64,000 bases of DNA from Candidatus Eiseniibacteriota bacterium (lineage in GTDB: Bacteria; Eisenbacteria; RBG-16-71-46). The stretch lies in the NCBI GenBank assembly GCA_963707915.1, contig OY970178.1:2080001-2144000 (forward strand), written 5' to 3'. The stretch's first letter is position 1, and each line of letters opens with the position of its first letter. Positions 50,520 to 60,437 of the stretch are shown in pieces. Both the position numbers and the translations under genes were made by a program. Under the pieces are notes generated by a model, which was given only the letters and a program-made list of their open reading frames with translations, ran no database searches and had not been told where the DNA came from.

Positions 50520-51527
50520 TCAGTTCAGCTCCCGGGCCAGCCAGCGCAGGATGTTGAGGGCGAACTGCTGGTTGTCGTCCACGTCCGGCCGGTTGAGGCC
50601 GATCCTCAGGCGCTCCTTCTTCATCTGCCGGGCTTCCAGTCCGAGCACGAACTGGGCGCTGAAGATCGAAGCCTCCCCGATCACCACGACGCGGCCCTTG
50701 CCGAAGCCGAACGCCAGACCCTGGCAGCGATCGACCGCCGTCACCGCCCCGGAGGTCTGCACCACCGACGTGGTGTCGGCCTTCCGGCGCGCCTCCGGTG
50801 TGGCTTCGCGCCGCGAGTCGGGGCTCATCGGCAGGTCCGAGGCCGAGGGGCCGAGCACCAGGAGGCCGGTGCTCCCGCGCGGTCCCGCGAGCGACTGCCC
50901 GGTGAAGGTCACGACCCGCTCGATGCGCTCCGCCTTGTTCCGCCCGCGCATGATCGGGTGGTCGCCCAGCATGCCCAGGGAACGCGTGAACAGGATGCAG
51001 CCCATGTTCCCGGTCTCGGGGTCGACCTGGCGGGTGTCGATCGTTCGACCCTTGCCGAAGTCCACGCCGAAGCGGACGGCGAGGCTGTCCATGGCCGAGC
51101 CGAAGGGCGCATGGTCCGCGATGAGGAGCAGCGAGCCGCCTCGCTTCACCCAGTCACGCACCGCATCGCATTCCGGGGCCCGGAAGGCGGACGCCCGCGC
51201 GGAGGCCGCCAACGGCTCCGCCGAGCCGACCGCGTCGGCGACGACCAGCACCTGGCAGGAGTCGAGCAGCCGGGACGAGAACGCCGCGGTCCCCGGGACC
51301 ACGCGCAGGCCGTCCTGCACGAGCAGGCGGGCGAACACCCGGTACGGCCCCTTCATGGTGAACTGGTTCCGGTGGGCCTCGTCGATCATCACGACCGGGT
51401 GCCGGTCGGTGAAGGCGGGCGTCGCGACCTTCGGTACGAAGGTGCCGTCCTCCACCTGGCGCTGGCCGCTGGGAGGCGCCGCGCCGACCACGAGCAACAG
51501 CCAGGCGAACACGAGTATTCGTCTCAT
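50520..51527 (-). CDS. Secreted DUF4350/class I GATase-like fold protein
   Basis: Signal peptide; IDEAH.N, GGSLLLIADH.PFG, GKGRVVVIGE, NQQFALNILRWL. Confidence 0.7.
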   Translation of the reverse strand: MRRILVFAWLLLVVGAAPPSGQRQVEDGTFVPKVATPAFTDRHPVVMIDEAHRNQFTMKGPYRVFARLLVQDGLRVVPGTAAFSSRLLDSCQVLVVADAVGSAEPLAASARASAFRAPECDAVRDWVKRGGSLLLIADHAPFGSAMDSLAVRFGVDFGKGRTIDTRQVDPETGNMGCILFTRSLGMLGDHPIMRGRNKAERIERVVTFTGQSLAGPRGSTGLLVLGPSASDLPMSPDSRREATPEARRKADTTSVVQTSGAVTAVDRCQGLAFGFGKGRVVVIGEASIFSAQFVLGLEARQMKKERLRIGLNRPDVDDNQQFALNILRWLARELN

Positions 51528-51710
51528 GCGACGGGCCCCTCCCCGGCGGCGCGGGACGCGCCGACCGAACCCGGACAGTGTAGCCGGTCGGACCGGGCCG
51601 GGTGTGGAGGATCGGTCAAGCATGGTCCCGGCGGCGTCCGCCGCACCGCGGTCGCCGCTTGAGCCGGGCGGGGCGGGCCGACTATGCTTTCCGGTCCAGG
51701 AGCCCATCCC

Positions 51711-52709
51711 ATGCCCGCCTTCGGCACCCTCACAGACACGCAGGGCCGCGTGCTTCGCGACCTGCGCATCTCGGTCACCGACCGCTGCAACCTGCGCTGC
51801 GTCTATTGCATGCCCCGCGAGGGCGTCGCCTGGATGCCGCACACCGACGTGCTGCGCTACGAGGAGATCGTCCGCGTCGCCCGCGTGGCCCTCGGGCTCG
51901 GCGTGACGGGCATCCGGCTCACGGGCGGCGAGCCGACGGTGCGCGCCGGTCTCGAAGTGCTGGTGCGCGCGCTGCGCGACCTCGATCCGGCGCTCGACCT
52001 CTCGCTGACCACCAACGGGCTCAGGCTCGTGACGCTGGCCGGGGTCCTGCGCGAAGCCGGGCTCACGCGCGTCAACGTGAGCCTCGACACGCTGGACCGC
52101 GAGCGCTTCCGGCGGATCGCCCGGCGTGACCGCCTCGCCGAGGTGCTCGCCAGCCTCGAGGCCGCGAAGCGCGCGGGCTTCTTCCCCATCAAGGTCAACG
52201 CCGTGCTGATGCGGGGATTCAACGAAGACGAGGCCGTGCCGCTCGCGCGCTGGGCGCGGGAGCAGGGCTTCGAGCTGCGCTTCGTCGAGTGGATGCCGCT
52301 GGACTCGCAGCGCTCGTGGTCCACCGAACGGCTCGTCCCGGCGGCGGAGATCCTGGCGGCCCTCGCGCGCGAGTTCCCGCTCGATCCCCTGCCGGGCGCC
52401 GACCCGAGCGCCCCCGCCGAGCTCCATCGCTACCGCGACGGCGGCGGCACCGTCGGCGTCATCGGCTCGGTGACGCGACCGTTCTGCCAGCGCTGCGACC
52501 GCATCCGGCTCACCGCCGACGGGCAGATCCGGACCTGCCTGTTCGCGCACCAGGAGCACGACCTGCGCGGCGCCCTGCGGCGCGGCGCGAACGACGAGGA
52601 GATCGCCGCCCTGCTGAAGGCCGCAGCCTGGCGGAAGGAGCCCGGGCACCTCATCAACCAGCCCGCGTTCATGCAGCCCGCCCGCGGGATGAGCCGCATC
52701 GGCGGATAG
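51711..52709 (+). CDS. moaA: GTP 3',8-cyclase (molybdenum cofactor biosynthesis)
   Basis: CNLRCVYC, TGGEP, FCQRCDRIR...C, C-terminal MSRIGG. Confidence 0.95.
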   Translation: MPAFGTLTDTQGRVLRDLRISVTDRCNLRCVYCMPREGVAWMPHTDVLRYEEIVRVARVALGLGVTGIRLTGGEPTVRAGLEVLVRALRDLDPALDLSLTTNGLRLVTLAGVLREAGLTRVNVSLDTLDRERFRRIARRDRLAEVLASLEAAKRAGFFPIKVNAVLMRGFNEDEAVPLARWAREQGFELRFVEWMPLDSQRSWSTERLVPAAEILAALAREFPLDPLPGADPSAPAELHRYRDGGGTVGVIGSVTRPFCQRCDRIRLTADGQIRTCLFAHQEHDLRGALRRGANDEEIAALLKAAAWRKEPGHLINQPAFMQPARGMSRIGG

Positions 52710-52724
52710 GGGGCCCCGGGCCCG

Positions 52725-52890
52725 GGCGGAGGGCGTGGTGCCGCTGCTCGTCGGATAGACGGGGGGCGCGGGGATGGACCAGGGCCGAGCGCATGGTGCC
52801 TCTGCTCGGCCCTGGTCCATCCCCGCGCCCCCGCGGCGTCCGCCGCTCCATCCCCGCGCCCCCCGCGGCGTCCGCCGCTCCATCCCCGCG
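52725..52890. repeat. Family B hairpin plus ~31-bp tandem repeats between convergent moaA and murB
   Basis: 29-bp perfect stem (52762-52832) around loop GCATGGTGCCTCT; TCCATCCCCGCGCCCCCGCGGCGTCCGCCGC repeated about 2.4 times. Confidence 0.8.
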
Positions 52891-52894
52891 CGCG

Positions 52895-53881
52895 CTACCG
52901 GCCCTCGGAACCCGGCGGCCGCTCGCCGAGGAACATGACCTCCTCCTCGAGCGTGACGCCGAAGCGCTCGCGCACCCGCGACTTCATCTCCTCCGCCAGC
53001 GCCAGCACGTCCGCCGCGCTCGCCCCGCCTGCGTTCACGATGATGTTCGCGTGCTTCGCGAAGACCACCGCGTCCCCCACCCGCAGGCCGCGGCAACCGC
53101 ACTCCTCGAGCAGTTGCCCCGCGGCCACGCGGCGGGTGCCGGGCGAGTGCTGCGCCCCCGGCCGCTGCCACTCGGGCGGCAGGTTCTTGAAGTACGATCC
53201 CGCGGTGGGCTCGAAATGCCAGTCCGGGTGCTTCACCCGGCGGATCTCCAGCTTCTCGTCGATCTCCCGCTGGATGGCAACGCGCTCGCCCGGGGCGAGC
53301 TGCAGCCGGCACGAGAGCAGCACGCGCGGGTCGCGCTTGAGGCGCGAGTCCCGGTAGCCGAACCCGTACCACTCCGCCGGCCGCGTCTCGACCGTGGCGC
53401 CGTCGGGAGTGGCGTGCGTGCAGTCGATGACGCGGGAACCGAGGTCCTGTCCGTAGCAGCCGGCGTTGCCGTACAACGCGCCGCCGATCGTGCCCGGGAT
53501 GCCCGCGGCGAACTCGAGCCCCGCGAGCGAGCGGTCGCGGCAGCGCTCGATGAAACCGAGGAAGTCCGCGCCGCACCCGACGCGGGCCATCGTTCCTTCG
53601 AACTCGACCTCGTCGCAGGCGTTCCGCACGACCAGCCCGCGCACGCCCGCGTCCGACACCAGCAGGTTGCTGCCGCCGCCGAGCACGAAGACCGGCAGGC
53701 CCAGCTCGTGGCCGACCTGCAGGGCCGTCACCAGCCGTTCGGGGCTGCGCGCGGCGTAGAAGAAGTCGGCGGGACCGCCGATGCGCAGCGTGGTGTGGAG
53801 CCGCAGCGGCTCGGCCGTCCGCAGCCCTTCGCCGAGCGCGTGCCGCAGGCGCGCTTCGAGGTTCGGGGCGGGATCGGTCAT
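52895..53881 (-). CDS. murB: UDP-N-acetylenolpyruvoylglucosamine reductase
   Basis: GGPAD, GGGSNLL, GIPGTIGGA..GNAG, AGSYFKN, KHAN, LEEEV. Confidence 0.93.
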   Translation of the reverse strand: MTDPAPNLEARLRHALGEGLRTAEPLRLHTTLRIGGPADFFYAARSPERLVTALQVGHELGLPVFVLGGGSNLLVSDAGVRGLVVRNACDEVEFEGTMARVGCGADFLGFIERCRDRSLAGLEFAAGIPGTIGGALYGNAGCYGQDLGSRVIDCTHATPDGATVETRPAEWYGFGYRDSRLKRDPRVLLSCRLQLAPGERVAIQREIDEKLEIRRVKHPDWHFEPTAGSYFKNLPPEWQRPGAQHSPGTRRVAAGQLLEECGCRGLRVGDAVVFAKHANIIVNAGGASAADVLALAEEMKSRVRERFGVTLEEEVMFLGERPPGSEGR

Positions 53882-54092
53882 GCCTGGGTCTCCGGGGCCG
53901 GGCCGCGGGAGCCGTCGCCCCGGAGCGGCCGATGCAAGGGCTGCATCTTAGCCCGTCGCGCGAAGGCACGGAAACGGGATGGGCCCGACGGCATCCAAAG
54001 GCCTGCGCGGCACCGCCGCGAACGCTGGCCAGCGCCGGGGAACGGGCCTATGGTGGCGATCGGAGTCCGTCCAACCAACCGAGGAGGCCGAT

Positions 54093-54320
54093 ATGAGCAG
54101 GCTGACGATCACCTATTGCGGCCAGTGAGGGTATCTTCCCAGGGCTGCCGGTCTGGCAGCCGAGATCCGTAACGGGCGGGGCATCGAGGCGGAACTGGTG
54201 AAGGGCGCCGGTGGCATCTTCGAGGTCGTCCTCGACGGGAAGACCATCTACTCGAAGCACGAGACCGGGCGATTCCCCGAGCCGGGCGAGGTGCTGGACC
54301 TGATCCCCGCCGCACGCTGA
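54093..54320 (+). CDS. SelT/SelW/SelH (Rdx) family selenoprotein, CxxU
   Basis: MSRLTITYCGQ-U(TGA 54126)-GYLPRAAGLA...GGIFEV...RFPEPGEV; GAGGAGG RBS; SECIS downstream. Confidence 0.92.
54144..54160 (+). promoter_or_regulatory. Bacterial SECIS element
   Basis: GCTGCC-GGTCT-GGCAGC hairpin; apical loop ~21 nt after the UGA and resembling the E. coli fdhF loop. Confidence 0.8.
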
Positions 54321-54339
54321 CCCGGCGCCGGTGCCGGAC

Positions 54340-54372
54340 GCGGGCCCGCCCCCTCACGGGAGGCGGGCCCGC
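54340..54372. terminator. Hairpin between convergent genes
   Basis: GCGGGCCCGCC...GGCGGGCCCGC. Confidence 0.55.
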
Positions 54373-54381
54373 TCGCTTCGC

Positions 54382-55026
54382 TCAGAAGGTCAGGCCCGCC
54401 GTGATCGAGAACAGGTGGTTGATGGATTCGAGGTTGCCGGCGACGTCGTAGATGTCGGCGAAGCCGGTCGTGTAGCGGAACTCGGTGAGGATCCGCCGCC
54501 CGCCGACCTGGATACCGGCCCCGGCGCCCAGCGCGAAGCCCAGGTCCACGGTCTTCAGTTGCGTGAGGTCCTGCGTCTGCCCGCCCGACGCGTCGGTCCG
54601 GACCTCGCCCCCGAGGCTGAACCCGACGGTCGGCCCCAGGTAGTACATGGGCTGGACCACCTCGGTCCGAAGCAGGGTGCCGCGCAGCAACACCGGGATC
54701 TCGAGGTAGTTGACGATCACGAAGCTGTCGTGCGTCCCGCCCACGTTCCCCTCGGTGTCCACGTTCTGAACGGTCGTCTTCATCCCCTTCATGCTGTAGA
54801 GCCCCTCGACCTGGATCGCGAGGTCGGGGGCGAAGCCGAAGGCGACGAACGCTCCGACCACGAGTCCGGCCTTCGTGCTCGTGTTCTGGACGTCGGCGGC
54901 CTGGCCGTGGAAATTGGAGAGGTTCAAGCCGGCCTTCACTCCCTTCTCGATGCCCAGCGCTGCGGCCGGCACCGGGACGAGGAGGACGAGGGCGAGGAAC
55001 GCGGCGGCGATACGGCGATGCGGCAT
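54382..55026 (-). CDS. Outer membrane beta-barrel protein (PorT/OMP_b-brl_2-like)
   Basis: Signal peptide; GVKAGLNLSN, YSMKG, YLEIPVL; C-terminal F. Confidence 0.8.
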   Translation of the reverse strand: MPHRRIAAAFLALVLLVPVPAAALGIEKGVKAGLNLSNFHGQAADVQNTSTKAGLVVGAFVAFGFAPDLAIQVEGLYSMKGMKTTVQNVDTEGNVGGTHDSFVIVNYLEIPVLLRGTLLRTEVVQPMYYLGPTVGFSLGGEVRTDASGGQTQDLTQLKTVDLGFALGAGAGIQVGGRRILTEFRYTTGFADIYDVAGNLESINHLFSITAGLTF

Positions 55027-55073
55027 GGTGGCCTCCGGGTCGGGGCAACGGGTCGGGATTCGTCGGGGGGAAT

Positions 55074-55688
55074 CTAGCCCGAACCCGGGGCGCGTTCCAC
55101 CTTCGGGCGGGGCAACCGCAGCAGCGCCCCCAACCCCGCGTACTGCTCGCCGCCGAGCCGGGCGAGGGGCGCGAGCCTGGTCACGTCGACGCGACCCCCG
55201 GCGAGCACGTCGTCCCTCACGTGGGCGCACAGGATCTCCCCCACGACGAAGCAGGACTCGCCGAGCTCGATCTCGCGGTCGAGCCGGCACTCCAGGCTCA
55301 CGGGCGACTCGGCCACGCGCGGCGGGCGCACGCGGTCGCAGGGCAGGGCGCCGAGCCCGGTGAGCGCCAGCTCGTCCACGTCCGCCGGCCAGTCGCCCGA
55401 GGCCTGCACGACCTGCGCGGCCATCGCCTCGGTCACCACGTTCACCACGAACTCGCGGGTCTCGCGCAGGTTGCGCAGCGTGTCCTTGGGCCCGCCGGCG
55501 CGCGGGCTGATCGAGACCCCCACGAGCGGCGGGCGGGTGGCCAGCCCGCAGAACCACGAGAAGGGCGCCGCGTTCACGCGTCCGGCCGAGTCCACCGTGG
55601 TGACGAACGCGATCGGCCGCGGCACGATGACGCTGTTCATGAAGTGCGCGAAGTGCACGCCGGAGACCGCGGCCGGGTCGATGATCAT
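55074..55688 (-). CDS. Flavin reductase-like FMN-binding protein
   Basis: PRPIAFVTT, NAAPFS, KDTLRN, SLEC, RLGG. Confidence 0.88.
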   Translation of the reverse strand: MIIDPAAVSGVHFAHFMNSVIVPRPIAFVTTVDSAGRVNAAPFSWFCGLATRPPLVGVSISPRAGGPKDTLRNLRETREFVVNVVTEAMAAQVVQASGDWPADVDELALTGLGALPCDRVRPPRVAESPVSLECRLDREIELGESCFVVGEILCAHVRDDVLAGGRVDVTRLAPLARLGGEQYAGLGALLRLPRPKVERAPGSG

Positions 55689-55990
55689 GACTTGGAGCAG
55701 CCCCGGGGCCGCGCGACCGCGACGAGCAGGTTCCTGAGGACGTTCATGGCATCGCTCCGCGATGGTCAGGGTGCGGGGGCCGACGGGCCGCCCGGTCCGC
55801 GGGAGGCTCCCCGCCCGGGCGGCGGCCCTCGCCGCCGACCCGGGGCGCGTCCTCTCCCGCCCGGACCATAGCACTCCGGCCGGCGCCGGTCAGCGGCCGC
55901 GTGGCGGGCGGCGCCCGACCGGCGCGGCCCTCCCATCGGCGCGTCCCTCCCGCTTCCCTCCCGGCCCTCCGCCCCGTATCCTCCGCGGCC

Positions 55991-56902
55991 ATGACGGTGC
56001 TGCGGGTCGAGGACGCAACGAAGGCCTTCGGGTCGACGCACGCGCTCGGCGGCGTATCCCTCGAGCTCGGCGAGGGGGAACTGCTCGGTCTGCTCGGCCC
56101 CAACGGCGCGGGCAAGACCACGCTGGTGCGGGCGCTGGCCGGGCGCGTGCGGCTGGACGGGGGCACGATCGAGCTGTTCGGCCGCCGGATGTCGGCGACC
56201 GACACCCGCGACGGCCTCGGCGTCGTGCCGCAGGAGATCGCGCTCTATCCGCTGCTCACCGCGCGAGAGAACCTCGAGGCCTTCGGCAGCTTCAACGGGC
56301 TGCGCGGTGCCGCGCTGCGCGACCGCGTGGCGTGGGCGCTCGACTGGACCGGTCTCGCCGAGCGGGCGCACGAGCCGGTCCGGCGCTTCTCGGGGGGCAT
56401 GCGGCGCCGGCTCAACATCGCCTGCGGCGTGCTCCACGAGCCGCGAGTCATCCTGCTCGACGAGCCCACCGTCGGCGTGGACCCGCAGAGCCGGGAGCGC
56501 ATCTACGACATGCTCGACCGCCTCCGCGCGACCGGCGTCTCGATGCTCCTCACCACGCACCAGCTGGACGAGGCCGAGGCCCGCTGCGAGCGCATCGTCA
56601 TCGTGGACCGTGGCCGCGTCATCGCCGCCGGCACGCTGGGCGACCTGGTGCGCGACACGGTCGGCGGCGGGCGCACCGTGACGTTGAAGCTCGACCGGGC
56701 CCCTGCCGCCCCGCTCGAGGGCCTGGCCGCCGAGGGCGACGGCACGGTCTGGCGCGGCGCCGTGCGCGACGTGGACGCGGACCTCGCCGCGGTGCTGGCC
56801 CGGGTGGCCGCCGCGGGACGCAGCGTCGTGGACCTCGAGGTCCGTCGCCCCAGCCTGCAGTCGGTCTTCCTCCACCTGACCGGACGGGAGCTGCGCGAAT
56901 GA
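55991..56902 (+). CDS. ABC-2 type exporter ATP-binding protein
   Basis: [18 protein letters not shown]. Confidence 0.92.
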   Translation: MTVLRVEDATKAFGSTHALGGVSLELGEGELLGLLGPNGAGKTTLVRALAGRVRLDGGTIELFGRRMSATDTRDGLGVVPQEIALYPLLTARENLEAFGSFNGLRGAALRDRVAWALDWTGLAERAHEPVRRFSGGMRRRLNIACGVLHEPRVILLDEPTVGVDPQSRERIYDMLDRLRATGVSMLLTTHQLDEAEARCERIVIVDRGRVIAAGTLGDLVRDTVGGGRTVTLKLDRAPAAPLEGLAAEGDGTVWRGAVRDVDADLAAVLARVAAAGRSVVDLEVRRPSLQSVFLHLTGRELRE

Positions 56903-58218
56903 TCCGCACGCTGTTGCGCATCCACTGGACCAACCTGCGACGCGACCGCGTGGCGCAATTGCTGACCTTCGCCGTCCCGATGGCGTTCTTCACGATGTTC
57001 GCGATGATCTTCGGTGGGCGCGGCAACGACGTCACCGGGCGCGTGCACCTCGCGGTCGTGGACGAGAGCCACACCGCCACGAGCCAACGGCTGGTGCGGG
57101 CGCTCCAGGCCGAGAAGAGCCTCGTCGTGCTGACCCGCGCGCGTCGCGACGGCGGCTCGCGCGACACCACCCGGACCCTCCTCGACCGCGCCCGTGCCGA
57201 GCGCCTGGTGCGCGACGGACACGTCCCCGTCGCGCTGGTGCTGCCCGCGGGGCTCGACACCTCGCTCGCGCGCTTCGACGGGCGCGGCGTGCCGCTCCAG
57301 TTGCTCTCCGACCCCTCCGATCCCATCGCCCCGCAGGTGGTCGGCGGGATGCTGCAGAAGATCGTGATGACCGCCATGCCGGACGTGTTCATGCAGGGCG
57401 GCATCGGCGAGTTCGAGCGCTACGCGGGCGGGCTCACACCACGCCAGCAGCAGGCGGTGGACCAGTGGCTGCCGCGGTTGCGCGGCGCGGCGGGGGGCGA
57501 TTCCACCGCCGGCCCGGCCTCCCGCACCGCGGCCGGCGGCGATTCCGCCGCCGGCGCGGCGATGTCCGGCCTGGTGCGGGTCGAGGTCGTGCCGGTGCTG
57601 GGCCGCAAGCAGGACAACAGCATCATCTCCTTCTACGCCGCCGCGATCGCCGTGATGTTCCTGCTGTTCGCCGCCAGCGCGGTGGCGGGCACACTGCTCG
57701 ACGAAGTGGACTCGGGCACGCTCGAGCGCGTGCTCTCGAGCCGCCTGGGCATGACCGGGCTGATGACCGGCAAGTGGATCTACATCACGCTGCTCGGCAT
57801 GCTGCAGATCACCGTGATGTTCGTCTACGGAATGGTCGTCTTCCGGCTCGACCTGCTCCATCACTTGCCGGGCTTCGCGGTGATGACCTTCTTCACCGCC
57901 GCCACGACCGCCGCGTTCGGGCTTCTCCTTGCCTCGCTCTGCCGCACGCGGGCGCAGCTCGCCGGCATCTCGACGCTCGTCATCCTCGTCATGTCGGCAC
58001 TGGGCGGCAGCATGTTCCCCCGCTTTCTCATGACGCCGGGGATGCAGAAGGCCGGGCTCCTGACCTTCAACGCATGGGCGCTCGACGGCTACGTGAAGGT
58101 CTTCTGGCGCGAGGCCCCGCTCACCGCGTTGCTGCCGCAGGTCGGGATGCTGGCCGCCTTCATGGTCGTCTTCCTGGCGGTGGCGCGGCTCCTCGCGCGC
58201 CGCTGGGAGCGGGTGTAG
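56899..58218 (+). CDS. ABC-2 type exporter permease
   Basis: N-terminal TM, large extracytoplasmic loop, [10 protein letters not shown]-terminal TMs. Confidence 0.88.
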   Translation: MIRTLLRIHWTNLRRDRVAQLLTFAVPMAFFTMFAMIFGGRGNDVTGRVHLAVVDESHTATSQRLVRALQAEKSLVVLTRARRDGGSRDTTRTLLDRARAERLVRDGHVPVALVLPAGLDTSLARFDGRGVPLQLLSDPSDPIAPQVVGGMLQKIVMTAMPDVFMQGGIGEFERYAGGLTPRQQQAVDQWLPRLRGAAGGDSTAGPASRTAAGGDSAAGAAMSGLVRVEVVPVLGRKQDNSIISFYAAAIAVMFLLFAASAVAGTLLDEVDSGTLERVLSSRLGMTGLMTGKWIYITLLGMLQITVMFVYGMVVFRLDLLHHLPGFAVMTFFTAATTAAFGLLLASLCRTRAQLAGISTLVILVMSALGGSMFPRFLMTPGMQKAGLLTFNAWALDGYVKVFWREAPLTALLPQVGMLAAFMVVFLAVARLLARRWERV

Positions 58219-58225
58219 CCGCCGC

Positions 58226-58690
58226 TCAGCGCCCCGCTTCCAGCTCCCCCACCGCCCGCAGGGCGCGCTCGCACAGCTCGGGCAGGGCGTCGCGCACCGC
58301 CGGGGTCATGGCGCCGCCGACGGTGTACGGGTCCAGCACCTCGACCGCGATGATCCGCAGCTGCCGCGGAAAGTGCAGCCCGAGGCGCTCGGCCAGGTCC
58401 AGCATCTCGGGGAAGCCGGCGAAGTGCGGCGTGGGGTTCTGGACGCGCGCCAGCGAGGCCGCGGCGATCTCGTGGACCGCGCCCGGCGCGTGGGCACCCG
58501 TGCAGGCGGCGTCGAGCACCACCGCGGCGTCGTAGCCCGCCAGCACGTCGAGCAGCGCCAGGCCGTGCAGCGCGGTGGCCTCGACGTCGGCGCGGCCCGC
58601 CAGGCGCGGCGCCAGCTCCGCCACGGCCAGGTGGCCGATGGCGTCGTCCGCCAGCAGGTCGTTGCCCAGCCCCAGCACGATGATCCTCAT
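58226..58690 (-). CDS. Hydrogenase maturation protease
   Basis: GLGNDLLADDAIG, VLDA, PH. Confidence 0.9.
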   Translation of the reverse strand: MRIIVLGLGNDLLADDAIGHLAVAELAPRLAGRADVEATALHGLALLDVLAGYDAAVVLDAACTGAHAPGAVHEIAAASLARVQNPTPHFAGFPEMLDLAERLGLHFPRQLRIIAVEVLDPYTVGGAMTPAVRDALPELCERALRAVGELEAGR

Positions 58691-58856
58691 GACGGCCGCG
58701 TCCCGCTCATGCGCCTGCCTCCCACGAACGCGGGAGCCGCCGCCGGCGCGGACGCTCCGGCGACGGCCCCCGGCTCAACGGCCGGTCGCCGCGCGGGGTG
58801 CGGCCCCGGACCTGCGAAGATCCGCAGGAGCCCCGCAACGGCGCCGGCCTGCCCGG

Positions 58857-60377
58857 CTATCTCACCTTCGGGTCGCGGCGGATCTCCTGCACCAGCCCAC
58901 GATCCGGACCGTAGAGCCGCGCGATCAGCGGCATCTCCCCCGGCAGCGCGTGCGTGGCACAGCCGAAGCACGGGTCATAGGCGCGGAACGCCATCTCGAC
59001 CATGTTCAGCAACCCGTCGTTGACCTTGCCCTTCGAGATCAGCCCCTTGGCGGCCTTGTCCACGCTCATCGCGATGCGGGCCGCGTTGTTCTGGGTCGCG
59101 ACGATGAGGTTCGCCATCTTGATGATGCCGTTCTCGTCGGTCTCGTAGTGGTGGAACAGCGTGCCGCGCGGGGCCTCGACCGCGCCGATCCCGACCGAGG
59201 GCTTCTTGGTCGGGAGGTTGCGGATGTCCGGGCTCACGATGTCCGGGTCGTTCAGCAGCTCGACCATGCTCTCGGCGGCCTGGAGCAGTTCGACGCAGCG
59301 CGCCCAGTGGTTGGCCAGCGTGTGATGCACCGGCTTCCCGCCGAGCGTGGCGTAGAGCTCTTCGTAGGCCTTCTGCGCCAGCGGCGTGGCCATGCCGTCC
59401 GAAGCGTTCAGCCGCGCCATCGGGGCCACCGCGAACAGGCTGGTGCCCGGCCCATCCACGAAGCCCTTCCAGCCCAGCGGCTTGAGGAACGGGAACTTGA
59501 TGTAGCTCCACTCCTCGACGTGCTCGTCGATGTAGTCGCGGTACTTCTGGGCCGGGAACTTGGCGTACTCCTTGCCGGCCGGGTCCACGACGCGGAGCAG
59601 GCCGTCGTAGAAGTTCACCTTGTTGTTCGCGTCCACCATGCCCATGTAGTGGGTCTTGTGGGTGTAGGCGTCGGACGTGATCAGCTTCACGTACTCCGGG
59701 TTCCCCAGGACGATCTTCTTGAAGACCTCGAGCGTGAATTCGCCGAACCCGACCGCCTCCTGCGCCAGCTCCTTGAACCGCGGCAGGTCGGAGGGCGCCA
59801 GGCCCTTGGCGACGCCGCCGGGCAGGCCGAGCACGGGGTGGATCACCTTGCCGCCGAAGTACGCGATCATCTCGCGCACGCGCCGGCGCATGCTGATGAC
59901 CTGCTTGCCGACGTCGAGCCCGACCGCTTCGATCACGCCCACGACATTGCGCTTCGCGGCGGGCGCGTCCGGCCCGACGATGAAGTCGGGGCCGCCCAGG
60001 ATGTAGACGTGCAGCGCGTGGTCCTCGAACGTGAAGGCGTTGTAGACCAGCTCGCGGATCTTCCTCCCCGCGGGCGGCGGCTCGACCTGGTAGAGGTCGT
60101 CGAGCGCCTTGGTGGCCGCCATGTGGTGCGCGGTCGGGCACACCCCGCAGATGCGGCTGGTGATCTGCGGCATGTCCTCCGCGGGCCGGCCGATGCTGAA
60201 CACCTCGAATCCCCGCAGCTCGGGGATCTGCAGGTAGGCGTGCTCGACGTCGCCCTGCTTGTCCAGGAAGATGTCGATCTTCCCGTGCCCCTCGAGGCGC
60301 GAGATCGGGTCGATGGTGATGCGTCTTCCGGCGGCCCCGGCGTCGCCCTTCGGTACGGTTCCAGTGACTGGGTTCAT
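58857..60377 (-). CDS. [NiFe]-hydrogenase large subunit, MvhA-like (group 3c)
   Basis: RLEGHG, RICGVC, VEAPRG, RAYDPCFGCATH plus C-terminal extension. Confidence 0.92.
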   Translation of the reverse strand: MNPVTGTVPKGDAGAAGRRITIDPISRLEGHGKIDIFLDKQGDVEHAYLQIPELRGFEVFSIGRPAEDMPQITSRICGVCPTAHHMAATKALDDLYQVEPPPAGRKIRELVYNAFTFEDHALHVYILGGPDFIVGPDAPAAKRNVVGVIEAVGLDVGKQVISMRRRVREMIAYFGGKVIHPVLGLPGGVAKGLAPSDLPRFKELAQEAVGFGEFTLEVFKKIVLGNPEYVKLITSDAYTHKTHYMGMVDANNKVNFYDGLLRVVDPAGKEYAKFPAQKYRDYIDEHVEEWSYIKFPFLKPLGWKGFVDGPGTSLFAVAPMARLNASDGMATPLAQKAYEELYATLGGKPVHHTLANHWARCVELLQAAESMVELLNDPDIVSPDIRNLPTKKPSVGIGAVEAPRGTLFHHYETDENGIIKMANLIVATQNNAARIAMSVDKAAKGLISKGKVNDGLLNMVEMAFRAYDPCFGCATHALPGEMPLIARLYGPDRGLVQEIRRDPKVR

Positions 60378-60437
60378 TGGCTTGCCTTCCCCGGTTTCAA
60401 CCGATCCGCCGTCGGCTTCCTGTGATCTCGCGATGGT

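Noticed and set aside
50520..53969. 1149-aa apparent fusion ORF
   Set aside because: Spans an alternative frame of murB and the antisense of moaA; only 50520-51527 has a signal peptide and protein-like composition.
54382..55026. Calling the barrel a genuine T9SS PorT subunit
   Set aside because: The family has many non-T9SS paralogues and no other por/gld/spr genes are adjacent.
58687..58971. 94-aa ORF between hydrogenase and protease
   Set aside because: Low-complexity Ala/Gly/Pro sequence overlapping the large-subunit 3' end; probably GC-rich intergenic DNA.
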